A stretch of 64,000 bases of DNA from Alphaproteobacteria bacterium (GCA_964291675.2 OZ219865.1:128001-192000), one strand, 5' to 3'. Shown: positions 30,644 to 40,911, counted from the stretch's first letter. Program-made: numbers and translations. Notes: generated from the sequence alone by a model not told the origin.

Positions 30644-31105
30644 ATGAGCGAGAAACTGGACGAAATCGACCGCCGGCTCCTGCGTTGCCTGCAGCAAGAC
30701 GCGTCGATCAGCATGGACGAGCTCGCGACCCGGGCGAATCTCTCGCGCAACGCCTGCTGGCGCCGCGTCAAGCGCATGGAGGAGCGGCGCATCATCCGCC
30801 GCCGGGTCGCGCTGGTCGATCCCGAAGCGCTCGGTCTCGGGCTGTCGGTGTTCGTGATCGTGCGCACCAACGCGCACGACAAGGACTGGCTCGACAAGTT
30901 CGAGGAGGCGGTGCACACCCTGCCCGAGATCCAGGGCGCGCACCGGACCAGCGGCGACATCGACTACGTGCTGCGGCTCCGGGTGGCGAGCGTCCGGGAC
31001 TACGACCGGTTCTACCAGCGCCTGATCGCCAGGGTCCCGATCGCCGACATCTCGGCGAGCTTCGTGATGGAGGACATCAAGGACACCACGGCGCTGCCCG
31101 TCTGA
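30644..31105 (+). CDS. Lrp/AsnC-family transcriptional regulator
   Basis: LDEIDRRLLRCLQQDA, CWRRVKRME, SGDIDYVL. Confidence 0.93.
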   Translation: MSEKLDEIDRRLLRCLQQDASISMDELATRANLSRNACWRRVKRMEERRIIRRRVALVDPEALGLGLSVFVIVRTNAHDKDWLDKFEEAVHTLPEIQGAHRTSGDIDYVLRLRVASVRDYDRFYQRLIARVPIADISASFVMEDIKDTTALPV

Positions 31106-31207
31106 CGCCGGCCCGGCTGGCGGTTCGCGTGCTACAATCGCGGCGGGTGCCGGGCGGGACAGGGAAGCCGCCGGCCCCGCTGTCCACGCGAACCGGGCGT
31201 TTCGGCC

Positions 31208-31519
31208 ATGACCGCGCGCATCGCCATACCCGCCGAGCCGATCGCCGCCTTCTGCGAGCGCTGGCAGGTGACCGAGCTGGCGCTGTTCGGCTCCGTGCTG
31301 CGGGAAGATTTCGGCCCGGCGAGCGATATCGACGTGCTGGTCGCCTTCGCCGAGGATGCGCGCCACAGCCTGTTCGACATGGTCCGGATGGAAGCGGAGC
31401 TCAAGGATATCTTTGGCCGCGAGGTCGATCTGGTCAGCCGGCGCGGCATCGAACGGAGCCGCAACTACCTGCGCCGCAAAGCCATCCTGGGTTCGGCGGA
31501 AACCATCCATGAACGGTGA
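31208..31519 (+). CDS. Minimal nucleotidyltransferase (MNT) antitoxin
   Basis: LFGSVLREDFGPASDIDVLV, REVDLV. Confidence 0.9.
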   Translation: MTARIAIPAEPIAAFCERWQVTELALFGSVLREDFGPASDIDVLVAFAEDARHSLFDMVRMEAELKDIFGREVDLVSRRGIERSRNYLRRKAILGSAETIHER

Positions 31520-31850
31520 CGCGGCGCATCTTCTCGACATCGTCTCGTCGGCGCGGCTGGCGCGAAGCTATGTCGAGGGCGTCGCCCGCGATGCCTTCAT
31601 GCGGGACACGAAGCTTCAGGACTCGGTCATCCGTCGACTGGAAATCGTCGGTGAGGCGGCCGGGCGGCTCTCGCCGGAGTTTCGCGCAGGTAACCCTGGC
31701 GTTCCCTGGGCCGAAATCCGCGGAATGAGAAACCGGATGATCCATCGCTACGACGATATCGACCTGGATATCGTATGGGAAACGGTGGAACGCGACATTC
31801 CCCGGCTTATCCGGCAACTCGAGAGTTTGCTTCCGCCGGAGGAGACGTAG
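31509..31850 (+). CDS. HEPN/DUF86 ribonuclease toxin
   Basis: RRLEIVGEAA, PWAEIRGMRNRMIH (RX4H), DIVWETV. Confidence 0.9.
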   Translation: MNGDAAHLLDIVSSARLARSYVEGVARDAFMRDTKLQDSVIRRLEIVGEAAGRLSPEFRAGNPGVPWAEIRGMRNRMIHRYDDIDLDIVWETVERDIPRLIRQLESLLPPEET

Positions 31851-31897
31851 AGGCAAGCTGGACCACAATCGCCGCCGCGACCCTCCGGGAGAGAGCC

Positions 31898-33010
31898 ATG
31901 ACCTACCGCGATCCGTCCAGGCCGCCGTTCCGGGCCGACCATGTGGGGAGCCTGCTGCGCCCGCGCGAGATCCACGCGGCGCGGGCGAAGGTGGCGGCGG
32001 GCGGGATGGCGCCGGCCGAGCTCGCGGAGATCGAGGACCGCTGCATCCGCGACGCCGTGCGCAAGCAGGAGGCGGTGGGGATGAGCGCGGTCACCGACGG
32101 GGAGTTCCGGCGCGAGGCCTGGCATTACGACTTTCTCTGCGGCCTCGACGGCATCGCGCAGTCGGCGCCGCACCAGGGCCCGACCTTCCGGGGCGGGCAG
32201 GGCGTCGCCTCGCTGGAGGTCAGGGGCAGGGTCCGCAACCCGGGCGGGGTGATGCTCGACCATTTCCGCTTCCTGAAGGAGACTGCGGGCGTCACGCCAA
32301 AGTTCTCCATCCCCTCGCCGAGCCTCGCCTATCACCGCAGCGGCCGCGCGCTGATCGACCGCGAGATCTATCCCGACCTCGACGGCTTCCGCGAAGACCT
32401 CTACGCCGCCTATCGCGACGAGGTCAGGATGCTGTACGAGGCGGGCTGCCGCTATCTCCAGCTCGACGACACGACCTTCGCCATGCTGTGCGACCCCAGG
32501 GTGCGCGGCCAGATGGCCGAGCGGGGCGACGATCCGGCGGCGCTGATCCGCATCTACGCAAGCGGCATCGCCGAGGCGATCCGCGACCGGCCGGACGACA
32601 TGACGGTCACCGTCCACATGTGCCGGGGCAATTTCAAGAGCTCGTGGATCGCCGAGGGCGGCTACGAGCCGGTGGCCGACGACATGTTTGCCGGCGTCCC
32701 CGTCGACGGGTTCTTCATGGAATGGGACACCGACCGGGCCGGCGGGTTCGAGCCGCTCCGCTTCGCGCCGCGCGAGGGCATGGTGGTGCTGGGGCTGGTC
32801 AGCTCCAAGTTCCCCGAGCTCGAGGCGAAAGACGACCTCAAGCGCCGGGTCGACGAGGCGTCGCGCTTCCTGCCGCTCGAAAACCTCTGCCTCAGCCCGC
32901 AATGCGGCTTCGCCAGCATGGCCGTCGGCAACGAGGTGAGCGAGCAGGCCCAGTGGGACAAGCTCGCCTTGGTGGCGGAAACCGCCGCGGAGATCTGGGG
33001 CAACGCCTGA
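31898..33010 (+). CDS. Second MetE-like catalytic-domain protein
   Basis: PFRADHVGSLLRP, TDGEFRR, HMCRGN, MEWD, SPQCGF. Confidence 0.88.
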   Translation: MTYRDPSRPPFRADHVGSLLRPREIHAARAKVAAGGMAPAELAEIEDRCIRDAVRKQEAVGMSAVTDGEFRREAWHYDFLCGLDGIAQSAPHQGPTFRGGQGVASLEVRGRVRNPGGVMLDHFRFLKETAGVTPKFSIPSPSLAYHRSGRALIDREIYPDLDGFREDLYAAYRDEVRMLYEAGCRYLQLDDTTFAMLCDPRVRGQMAERGDDPAALIRIYASGIAEAIRDRPDDMTVTVHMCRGNFKSSWIAEGGYEPVADDMFAGVPVDGFFMEWDTDRAGGFEPLRFAPREGMVVLGLVSSKFPELEAKDDLKRRVDEASRFLPLENLCLSPQCGFASMAVGNEVSEQAQWDKLALVAETAAEIWGNA

Positions 33011-33022
33011 CGGGGGCGGCGG

Positions 33023-33113
33023 CCCTTCGATACGCCGCTTCGCGGCTACTCAGGGTGAGGGCGCTTTCCTATATCCTCATCCCGAGTAGGCGCGCCAGCG
33101 CCGTATCGAGGGA
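33023..33113. repeat. Second-family REP inverted pair
   Basis: cccttcgatacg..ggctactcagggtgagg / cctcatcccgagtag..cgtatcgaggg. Confidence 0.72.
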
Positions 33114-33122
33114 CCGGCCGGG

Positions 33123-33161
33123 GTCGAGATCGTCGACTATCATCGGAGGGGCCCGAGATGA
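33123..33161 (+). pseudogene. HigB/RelE toxin 3' remnant
   Basis: VEIVDYHRRGPR*, with the stop overlapping the higA ATG. Confidence 0.65.
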
Positions 33162-33445
33162 CGCTGAAAAACCCTTCTCACCCGGGCGACGTGCTGGCGG
33201 AACTCTATCTCGGACCGCTCGGCATGAGTCCGATTGGTCTCGCGAAGCGCCTGAACGTGCCGCGGACGCGGATCGAGCGACTCGTCAAGGGCGAGACGTC
33301 CCTGTCGGTCGATACGGCGATGCGGCTCGCCAGGTTTTTCGGCAACACCCCGGAGTTCTGGATCAACCTACAGCGGGCCCATGACCTCGCCCGGGCCCGG
33401 GAAACCATCGACCTTTCGGACATCGTCCCCCTGGCCGTTGCCTGA
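33158..33445 (+). CDS. higA: HigA-family antitoxin (HTH)
   Basis: HPGDVLAELYLGPLGMS, DTAMRLARFFGNTPEFWINLQ. Confidence 0.9.
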   Translation: MTLKNPSHPGDVLAELYLGPLGMSPIGLAKRLNVPRTRIERLVKGETSLSVDTAMRLARFFGNTPEFWINLQRAHDLARARETIDLSDIVPLAVA

Positions 33446-33526
33446 CGCGCTCGCGTCGCGACGGGGAAGTCCTCTCAGCCGATCTCTCCGGGCACCCCGT
33501 AGAGCCCGGCCCGGCGCCTGCGCGTC

Positions 33527-34708
33527 TCAGAACTGGCGCGAGGTTTCGAGCAGCACCTCCTCGCCCGATTCGGTGCGGCCGTGGCGGCTGTAGAAGTGCA
33601 GCGCCTTGAGCGCCGGCTCGTCGGACGAGACGAAGAAGACCGCATCCTCGGCCTCTCCTTCGTTGGCGTGCTCCACCCATTCGCCGCCGGGCACGCAGAA
33701 CGTGTCGAACGGCTCCCAGTCGAACCGCCTGCCGCCGACGATGGAGCGGCCGCGCCCCTCGAACACGGTGTAGATCAGGCTCGCATTCTGGCGCGAGGCC
33801 AGGGTGGCTTCGCCGGGCCGCAGCATCTGGGCGAAGAAGGTCATGGTGGCGTAGGGCGCCCTTCCGGTGGTGGGATCGACGTATTCGACCGCCACGCCGT
33901 CGTAACGGCTCCCCTCCAGGTCGCGCAGGTTCTCCAGCAGCGTGCGCGTCGCCTCCCAGCGATAGACATACATCGGCGAGGCGTTGCCGGTGCCGCGGTC
34001 GTGCGACACGCTGCGCGGCATCAGCCCGCCCTGGCCGTAGGTGCGCCGCGAATAGTCGGGATGGAAGCGGTCCTGCTGGGTCTCCTTGCGGATCCTGCGG
34101 CCGCGCTCGTCTTCCTCGTAATAGTCGCTCTCGAAATAGGTGGCGTTGAGCACGTTCACCAGCGGCATGTCGAGGACGCTGAGATTGACCGCCCCGCCGT
34201 CGCCCTCGTTGCCGTGGTTGTGCCAGGTGTCGTGCGGCGTCAGCACCAGATCGCCCGGGCCGAAGGTGATGGGCTCGCCCTCGACCCCGGTAAAGTTGGT
34301 GCGGCCGGTCAGCCCGAAGCGGATCGCGTTGGGCGAGTGGCGATGGGCCGGCGCGATCTCGTTGGGGTTGTTGATGCGATAGGCCGCGAACATGGTGGTC
34401 ACGGTCGCGATTAGCCCGCTCAGCGCCGGGTTGCACATGATCAGCGAGCGCCGCTCGCTCTCGTTCATGTCGATCAGCTCGCCGGCCTTCTCCAGGCAGG
34501 GCAGGATGTCGCGGTACTTCCAGATATGCGGCGCCGCCTTGTCGAAGCGGGCGAGATCGCGCACCGCCTCGTGCTCCCCGGCCTTGCCCACCGACCAGAA
34601 CTCGTACAGGTCGAGGGCCTGGGTGCGTTCGTGCAGCGCCGCCATCTCCTCTTGCCAGACGAATTCGTCGCTCCGGCGCTTCAGCTCGCCGCGCAGGGTG
34701 GTCGCCAT
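33527..34708 (-). CDS. Bicupin ring-cleavage dioxygenase (gentisate 1,2-dioxygenase-like)
   Basis: ERRSLIMCNP, APAHRHSPNAIRF, GDLVLTP--TWHNH, LDMP. Confidence 0.8.
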   Translation of the reverse strand: MATTLRGELKRRSDEFVWQEEMAALHERTQALDLYEFWSVGKAGEHEAVRDLARFDKAAPHIWKYRDILPCLEKAGELIDMNESERRSLIMCNPALSGLIATVTTMFAAYRINNPNEIAPAHRHSPNAIRFGLTGRTNFTGVEGEPITFGPGDLVLTPHDTWHNHGNEGDGGAVNLSVLDMPLVNVLNATYFESDYYEEDERGRRIRKETQQDRFHPDYSRRTYGQGGLMPRSVSHDRGTGNASPMYVYRWEATRTLLENLRDLEGSRYDGVAVEYVDPTTGRAPYATMTFFAQMLRPGEATLASRQNASLIYTVFEGRGRSIVGGRRFDWEPFDTFCVPGGEWVEHANEGEAEDAVFFVSSDEPALKALHFYSRHGRTESGEEVLLETSRQF

Positions 34709-34722
34709 CGTCGGTTCCTCCT

Positions 34723-35664
34723 TCAGCCGATCGCGCCGCGAAGCCCGGCGAGCTCCGCCATCTGGCGCGCGTCGTCTGAGCCGGTCACGCGGACGCAGAG
34801 ATGGGTGCAGCCGGAAGCGACGAAGCCGGCGAGCCAGCCCGCCACCGCCGCCCTGTCGCCGGCGAAGGCGTATTGCTCGGCGCGGATGCGCTCGGCCGGC
34901 AGGTTGTAGTAGCGCGCGAGATAGGAATCGAGCTCCGCCTCGGCCGCTTTCGGGTCTTCGTCGATCGCCACCGTAACATAGGCGGCGCCCGCGACCTCCG
35001 CCGGGTCGCGGCCGGCTTCCACGGCATCTTCTTGCAACGCCCGCCAGCTCGCGCCCCATTCGGCGCCGCCGCCCGGCCCGGAAGGAAACCAGCCGTCGAA
35101 ATTGCGCGCGCAGCGCCGGAGCGCCGCCTTCACCCCGCCGCCGCCCCAGATCTCCGGCCCGCCCGGGGTGAAGGGCTCGGGCGCGAGCGTCGCGCGGTCC
35201 AGCTTCCACCGCCCGTCCCAGTCGACCGGCGCGCCCGACCACAGCGCGCGGCACAGGCGGAGCCCCTCCAGCATCCGCCCGATGCGCTTCTCGAAGGGGA
35301 CCCCCGCGGCCTCGAACTCGGCGCGGATCGCCGGGGTGTCGCGCGCCGTGCCGACGCCGAGCACGAAGCGGCCGCGCGAGATGCGGTCGAGCGTCGCGAG
35401 CTGGTGGGCGAGCAGGACCGGGTTTCTGAGCATCGGCAGCAGCACCGCCGTCCCGAGCGCGATCCGCTCGGTCCGCGCGGCGATGGCGGCGAGCAGGGTG
35501 ATCGGGTCGTGGCGCGGCTTGGCGATCAGCGAATCGCCGATCCACACCGAATCGAGCCCGGCCTCCTCGGCCACGTCGCCGAGCTCCAGGATGCGGTCGG
35601 TGTCGTGCACCCCCACCATCACGCGCTCGCGGGTGGGGAGGAGATAGCCGAGCTTCAGCGTCAT
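34723..35664 (-). CDS. LLM-class flavin-dependent oxidoreductase
   Basis: DSVWIGDS, DPITLLAAIAARTERIALGTAV, ATLDRISRGR. Confidence 0.88.
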   Translation of the reverse strand: MTLKLGYLLPTRERVMVGVHDTDRILELGDVAEEAGLDSVWIGDSLIAKPRHDPITLLAAIAARTERIALGTAVLLPMLRNPVLLAHQLATLDRISRGRFVLGVGTARDTPAIRAEFEAAGVPFEKRIGRMLEGLRLCRALWSGAPVDWDGRWKLDRATLAPEPFTPGGPEIWGGGGVKAALRRCARNFDGWFPSGPGGGAEWGASWRALQEDAVEAGRDPAEVAGAAYVTVAIDEDPKAAEAELDSYLARYYNLPAERIRAEQYAFAGDRAAVAGWLAGFVASGCTHLCVRVTGSDDARQMAELAGLRGAIG

Positions 35665-35731
35665 GACGCGTCCTCGCCGGGAAGTGTGCAACTTGCCGCA
35701 ACGCGCCGGCGGCGGCAAACGGCGGTGACGC

Positions 35732-36676
35732 TCAGACGATCCGCTCGCGAAGCCCGGCGAGCTGTTCCATCCGGCGCGCGCCGTCGGCGCCGATGGCACG
35801 CACGCAGAGATGGCCGCAGCCGGCCTCGACGAAGCCGGCGAGCCAGCCCGCCACCGCCGCCCGGTCGCCGGCGAAGACGTATTCCTCGGTCCGGATGCGC
35901 CCGGCGGGGAGGTTGTAGTAGCGCGCGAGATAGGCTTCGAGCGCGGCTTCGGCCGCTCTCGGGTCGTCGTCGATCGCCACCGTGACATAGGCGGCGCCGA
36001 CGATCTCCGCCGGGTCGCGGCCGGCCTCCTCGGCCAGCGCGCGCAGCGTCCGCCAGTCCGCGCCCCAGTCGGCGCCGCCCTCGCCGCGGCCCGACGGGAA
36101 CCAGCCGTCGAAATGCGCGGCACAGCGCCTGAGCGCCGCCTTCACCCCGCCGCCGCCCCAGATCTTCGGCCCGCCGGGCGTGAAGGGCTCGGGCGCGAGC
36201 CTCGCCCGCTCCAGCCTCCAGCGCCCGTCCCAGTCCACCGGCGCGCCCGACCACAGCGCGCGGCACAGCCGCAGCCCCTCCAGCATGCGCCCGACGCGCC
36301 GCTCGAAGGGCACGCCCAGGGCCGCGAACTCGGCATGGATCGCCGGCACGTCGCGCGCCATGCCGACGCCGAAGACGAAGCGGCCGTGCGAGATGCGGTC
36401 GAGCGTCGCAAGCTGGTGGGCGAGCAGCACCGGGTTCCTGAGCATCGGCACCAGCACCGCCGTCCCCAGCGCGATCCGCGTCGTCCGCGCGGCGATGGCG
36501 GCGAGCAGGACGATCGGGTCGTGGCGCGGCTTGGCGATCACCGAATCGCCGACCCACACCGAATCGAGCCCGATGTCCTCGGCCAGACCGGCGAGTTCGA
36601 GGATGCGGTCGGTGTCGTGCAGCCCCGCCATCGCGCGCTCGCGGGTGGGCAGGAGATAGCCGAGCTTGAGGGTCAT
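35732..36676 (-). CDS. LLM-class flavin-dependent oxidoreductase (tandem paralog)
   Basis: Highly similar to 34723-35664 over its full length. Confidence 0.88.
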   Translation of the reverse strand: MTLKLGYLLPTRERAMAGLHDTDRILELAGLAEDIGLDSVWVGDSVIAKPRHDPIVLLAAIAARTTRIALGTAVLVPMLRNPVLLAHQLATLDRISHGRFVFGVGMARDVPAIHAEFAALGVPFERRVGRMLEGLRLCRALWSGAPVDWDGRWRLERARLAPEPFTPGGPKIWGGGGVKAALRRCAAHFDGWFPSGRGEGGADWGADWRTLRALAEEAGRDPAEIVGAAYVTVAIDDDPRAAEAALEAYLARYYNLPAGRIRTEEYVFAGDRAAVAGWLAGFVEAGCGHLCVRAIGADGARRMEQLAGLRERIV

Positions 36677-36762
36677 GGCGCGCCCGCCGCCTCGGCGTGT
36701 TCCCGAAAGGCGTCCCTGTTCGCCGTGGCCACCGCGGCGCCGAACCCGTCGACATGGGTCAT
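36673..36762 (-). pseudogene. DUF1428 (YbaA-like) N-terminal remnant
   Basis: MTHVDGFGAAVATANRDAFREHAEAA resembles the DUF1428 start (YVDGFV-AVP-AN---Y--HA); only 29 aa long. Confidence 0.55.
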
Positions 36763-39148
36763 GCCCCGCTCCCTGCGGCGCGGCGATGCGCCGCTTCCTC
36801 CACCAGACGGTGAATCCGCGCCGGCGTCAGCGGCACCTCGCGCACCTCCACGCCGAGCGGGGCAAGCGCGTCGGCGACCGCGTTGGCGACCGCGGCGAGC
36901 GCGCCGATGGTGCCGCCCTCGCCGAGCCCGCGGAACCCGCCCAGCGTCTCCGGCGGCTCGGCTTCGAGATGGGTGACCGCCATCTCCGGCACGTCGCAGG
37001 AGCCCGGAACCACGTAGTCGGCGAGGGTGGCGGTCAGGAGCTGGCCGCCCGGATCGTAGACCATCTCCTCCATCAGCGCCGCGCCGATCCCCTGCGCGAT
37101 CCCGCCATGCGCCTGGCCGTCGGCGATCATCGGGTTGATCACCCGGCCGCAATCCTCCGCCGCGACGTAGCGCGTCACCGTGACGCCGAAGGTCTCGCGG
37201 TCGACCTCCACCGCGGCGATATGGGTGGCCGAGGTCGCCGTCGCGGTAAACGGGTCGTAGACCCCGGTCGCTTCGAGATTGCCGATCTCGTCGCGGATCG
37301 GCTTCGGCACCCTTCCCATGTCGGAATAGACCGCGCGGGCGAGCTCGGCCAGGCTCATCGACCGGTCGGTGCCGGCGACCCGGATTTCGCCGGCGATCTC
37401 GATGTCGACCTCGGCGGCTTCCAGCAGATGCGCGGCGCAGCGCACGATCTTCTCCCGCACGCCGCGCGCGGCGAGGATCGCGGCCCCGCCGCCGAGCACC
37501 GCGCCGCGGCTCGCATAGGTGCCCGTCATGTGGCCGAGCGCGGCGGAGTCGCCGATCCTGACCTCGATGTCGTCGAGACCGACGCCGAGCTCGTCGGCCA
37601 CCACCTGGCTCAGCGCGGTCTCAATCCCCTGGCCCTGCGAGGGGACGCCGAAGGTAGCGGTCACCGCGCCGGTCGCGTCGACCGCCACCGCGGCGCTCTC
37701 GGTGCCGGTGTTGACCGGCATGCCGGGCGCGGCGGAGATGCGCGAGCCGAGCCCGGTGAGCTCGGCGTAGGAGGCGATTCCGACGCCGACCAGCCTTCCC
37801 GCCGCCCTGGCTTCCGCCTGCGCCGCGCGCAAGGCCTGGTAGCCGATCTCGCGGCAGGCGGTCTCCAGGCAGTCGAGGAAGGCGGAGCGGTCCCAGACGA
37901 TGCCGGACGCGGTGCGGTAGGGGAACTCGTCCTCGGCGACCATGTTGCGGCGGCGGATCTCGACCGGGTCGAGGACGAGCGCGCGCGCCGCCATGTCCAT
38001 CATGCGCTCCATGACGAAGGTCGAGATCGGCCGCCCGACGCCGCGATAGGGGCCGCCCGCCGGCTTCGGCGTCGCCACCGCCCGGGCCCGCGCCCGGTAG
38101 TTGCCCACCCGGTAGGGCCCGGGCAGGAAGCTCACCACCTGGACCGGCTCGATGCAGGCGGTCCAGGGATAGACCGAGTAGGAGCCCGTGTCGCACAGCG
38201 CATCGCCTCCAGCGCGACGATCCTTCCGTCTCCGTCGATGCCCAGCGCGGTCTCCAGGATCTCGTCGAAGGCCTGGGTGGTGGCGCGCAGGTCCTCGCGG
38301 CGGTCGCCGAACCACTTGACCGGACGGCCGAGGCGAAGCGCGATCGCGGCGAGGCACACGTCCTCGGCGTAGACCGCGGTCTTGGCGCCGAACCCGCCGC
38401 CCACGTCCGGCGTCGACACCCGGATGCGGCTGCCCGGCAGCGACAGGATCTCGGCCAGCGCGTCGCGCAGGATGCCCGGCACCTGGGTGGTGGCGCACAG
38501 ATCGAGCACGCGGGTCCGCCGGTCGTAGCTGGCGACCGCGCCCCTTGGCTCCAGCGCCATCGGGGTCTTGCGATGCACCCGGAACCTTCCGCCCACGCGG
38601 ACCGCCGCGCCGGCCATCGCGCCGTCCACCTCGCCGCGCCCGAAGGAACGGGCGGCGATCACGTTGCCGCCCGCCTCCTCGTGGATCGCCGGCGCCGCCG
38701 GCTCGGCCCCGCGTTCCGGATCGCCAATGCCCTCCAGCGGGTCGATGTCGAGCGCGATGGCGTCGGCCGCGTCCTCGGCCAGGTAGCGGCTTTCGGCGAC
38801 CACCGCGGCGACCGGCTCGCCGGCGTAGCGCACGATGTCGGGGACCAGCGGGTAGAGCGGGGTGGGGTAGTAGTCCCGCATCCGCGAGGTCGCGCGGATC
38901 GGCCGCGCGATACCGGCGAGATCGTCCGCCGTAAGGACGGCGATCACACCTTGCATGGCCCGCGCCGCCGCCGCGTCGATCCCGTTCAGCCGGCCATGCG
39001 CCACGTCGGAGCGCCGGAAGGCGACATGGGCCAGCCCGTGGAGTCGGCGGTCGTCGACGAAGTCGCCAAGCCCGCGCAAGAGCCGCCGGTCCTCGCGCCG
39101 CGTGACGCGCGCGCCCACCAGGCGCGGGGTCGTGGCGGTCCCGCTCAC
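36759..39148 (-). CDS. Xanthine dehydrogenase/CoxL-family molybdopterin-binding large subunit (frameshift at about 38205)
   Basis: VGARVTRREDRRLLRG, DVGGGFGAK, PYRGVGR, QGQGIET, GTYASR, DCGRVINP, GLGEGG; split over two frames. Confidence 0.88.
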
Positions 39149-39252
39149 GGCGCGGTCCCGCCGGGGCACGCGGAAGCGCCACTCGATACGCCGTCACAAT
39201 CGGCGCGGGCCGACCATGACGGCGAGGAGGCGAGCGGGGCTCCGGCCGCGGC

Positions 39253-39441
39253 CATGCCGGACTTGTTCCGGGGGCCAGCCACGCCGATGGGGATGGCGGC
39301 GTGCGGGACTTGCTTCAACGGCCCTGCTTTCGTCATGGCCGGACTTGTTCCGGCCATCCATGCAGCCTCTCCGTCCGCGAGGCGGCGGGCAGGGAGAGGC
39401 GGCGGTGCCAGTGGGTGCCCGGAATACGTCCAGGCATGACG
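39253..39441. repeat. REP-like cluster
   Basis: gtcatggccggacttgttccggccatcca ... tgggtgcccggaatacgtccaggcatgac. Confidence 0.75.
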
Positions 39442-39498
39442 GCTCTGGGGGAAAGGCCGGGGCCGGGGAAACGGCAGGCGATCTCGCAAGAGACGGCA

Positions 39499-40911
39499 CT
39501 AGCGCAGCAGCGCGCGGAAGCGCGACGAGGAGGGGATCTCGCCGGCGCCGGTATAGGCTTCGTGGTTGGCCGGGATATGGTCGGCGTCGTAGAGGTAGTT
39601 CACCATCAGCCCGGCCGACTGGGCGAGGCCCTTGGAGGAGGTGTCGGCGAGCCAGTTGACGCGCTCCATACGGGCGCCGTTCGACAGGTGGAAATGGGCG
39701 ACCGGGTCGAGCGCGCGGCCCGACTTGCGCTTCTCGCGCGCGAGGTAGCGCGCGCAGAGCCGGGCCAGGGGGGCGGCGAGGGCCTTGGCGAGCGCCGCTT
39801 CGGCGTGCCAGTCCGCACGCGCCAGCAGGGCAGCGAGGCGTTCGGCGTCGCTCCCGCCGTTGCCGTGCAAGGCGGCCAGCGCGCGCCGTTCGCCGCGGGT
39901 CAGCAGCTCGTCCGGCGCCTCGGCCAAATAGCGGTCCAGCCAGGCCCGGAAACCCGGGACCGGCGACAGCGTGGCGAAGGTCTCCAGCCGCTTCATCTCG
40001 GCGGCGAGCTGATCGACCACGCGCTTGATCAGGAAGCCGCCGAAGCCGATCCCGTCGAGCCCGCGCTGGCAGTTCGAGATCGAGTAGAAGATCGCCGTGT
40101 CGGCGTCGTCCGGCACGTCCCGCGCCCCGCGCGGCGCGAGCAGGGTCTGGATGTTGTCGGCGATGCCGGCGGTCAGCGCGACCTCGACGAAGATCAGCGG
40201 CTCGTCCGGCATGCGCGGGTGGAAATAGGCATAGCAGCGCCGGTCGACGCCGAGCCGGGACTTCATCTCTTCCCAGTCGGAGATCTCGTGCACCGCCTCG
40301 TATTCGATCAGCTTCTCGATGATCGCCGCCGGGGTGTCCCAGGTGATCTGGCGGAGCTCAAGGAAACCCACGTCGAACCAGCTCGCCAGCAACGATTTCA
40401 AATCCGCTTCGAGATCGGCGAACACCTCGTCCCCGGCCGCGAGCCCGAGCAGGGTGGCGCGCATTTCGACCAGGAACTTCACGCCGTCGGGCAGCGCGTT
40501 GAACTGGGTCAGCAGCCGGAGCCTCGGCGGCTCCAGCGCGGCGCGGAGCTGGCGCTCGCGGCGCTTGCGCCCGCCCCAGTCGTCGAGCTCGTCGAGCCCG
40601 ACCGCGGCGGCGGCGATGGCCTGGCGGTCGGTGTCGAACTCGGTGCCGAGGATGCGGAGGAAGCGCGCGCGCCCCTCCGCGGTGAGCGACATGTAGGCGC
40701 GGCCGAGCGCGGCGGCGCGGGCCCGCGCCGAGACCTCGCCGCCGCGGCCTTCGAGGCAGGCACGCATCTGCTGGCGCACCCGGTCGGCGTCGCGCCCGGC
40801 GAGATCGGGGCCGAGCGGCGCCGAATCGTCGGACGTGCCCCCGGTGATGTCCCGCCACTGGCCGAGGACCCGCTGGAAGGTCCGCTGCAGCAGGTTTTCG
40901 TTTCCGTTCAC
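39499..40911 (-). CDS. Malonyl-CoA decarboxylase
   Basis: YEAVHEI, PLIFVEVAL, FYSISNCQRGL-GI-FG-FLIKRVV, TLSPVPGF, DPVAHFHLSNGA. Confidence 0.93.
   Translation of the reverse strand: MNGNENLLQRTFQRVLGQWRDITGGTSDDSAPLGPDLAGRDADRVRQQMRACLEGRGGEVSARARAAALGRAYMSLTAEGRARFLRILGTEFDTDRQAIAAAAVGLDELDDWGGRKRRERQLRAALEPPRLRLLTQFNALPDGVKFLVEMRATLLGLAAGDEVFADLEADLKSLLASWFDVGFLELRQITWDTPAAIIEKLIEYEAVHEISDWEEMKSRLGVDRRCYAYFHPRMPDEPLIFVEVALTAGIADNIQTLLAPRGARDVPDDADTAIFYSISNCQRGLDGIGFGGFLIKRVVDQLAAEMKRLETFATLSPVPGFRAWLDRYLAEAPDELLTRGERRALAALHGNGGSDAERLAALLARADWHAEAALAKALAAPLARLCARYLAREKRKSGRALDPVAHFHLSNGARMERVNWLADTSSKGLAQSAGLMVNYLYDADHIPANHEAYTGAGEIPSSSRFRALLR

Noticed and set aside
36759-39148. Aerobic CO dehydrogenase (coxL)
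   Set aside because: The active-site loop PYRGVGR lacks the AYXCSFR signature and there is no coxMS nearby.
3419-39441. Recurrent ~29-bp palindromes as a CRISPR array
   Set aside because: They are dispersed and in inverted pairs, with no regular spacers and no cas genes; they behave as REPs.
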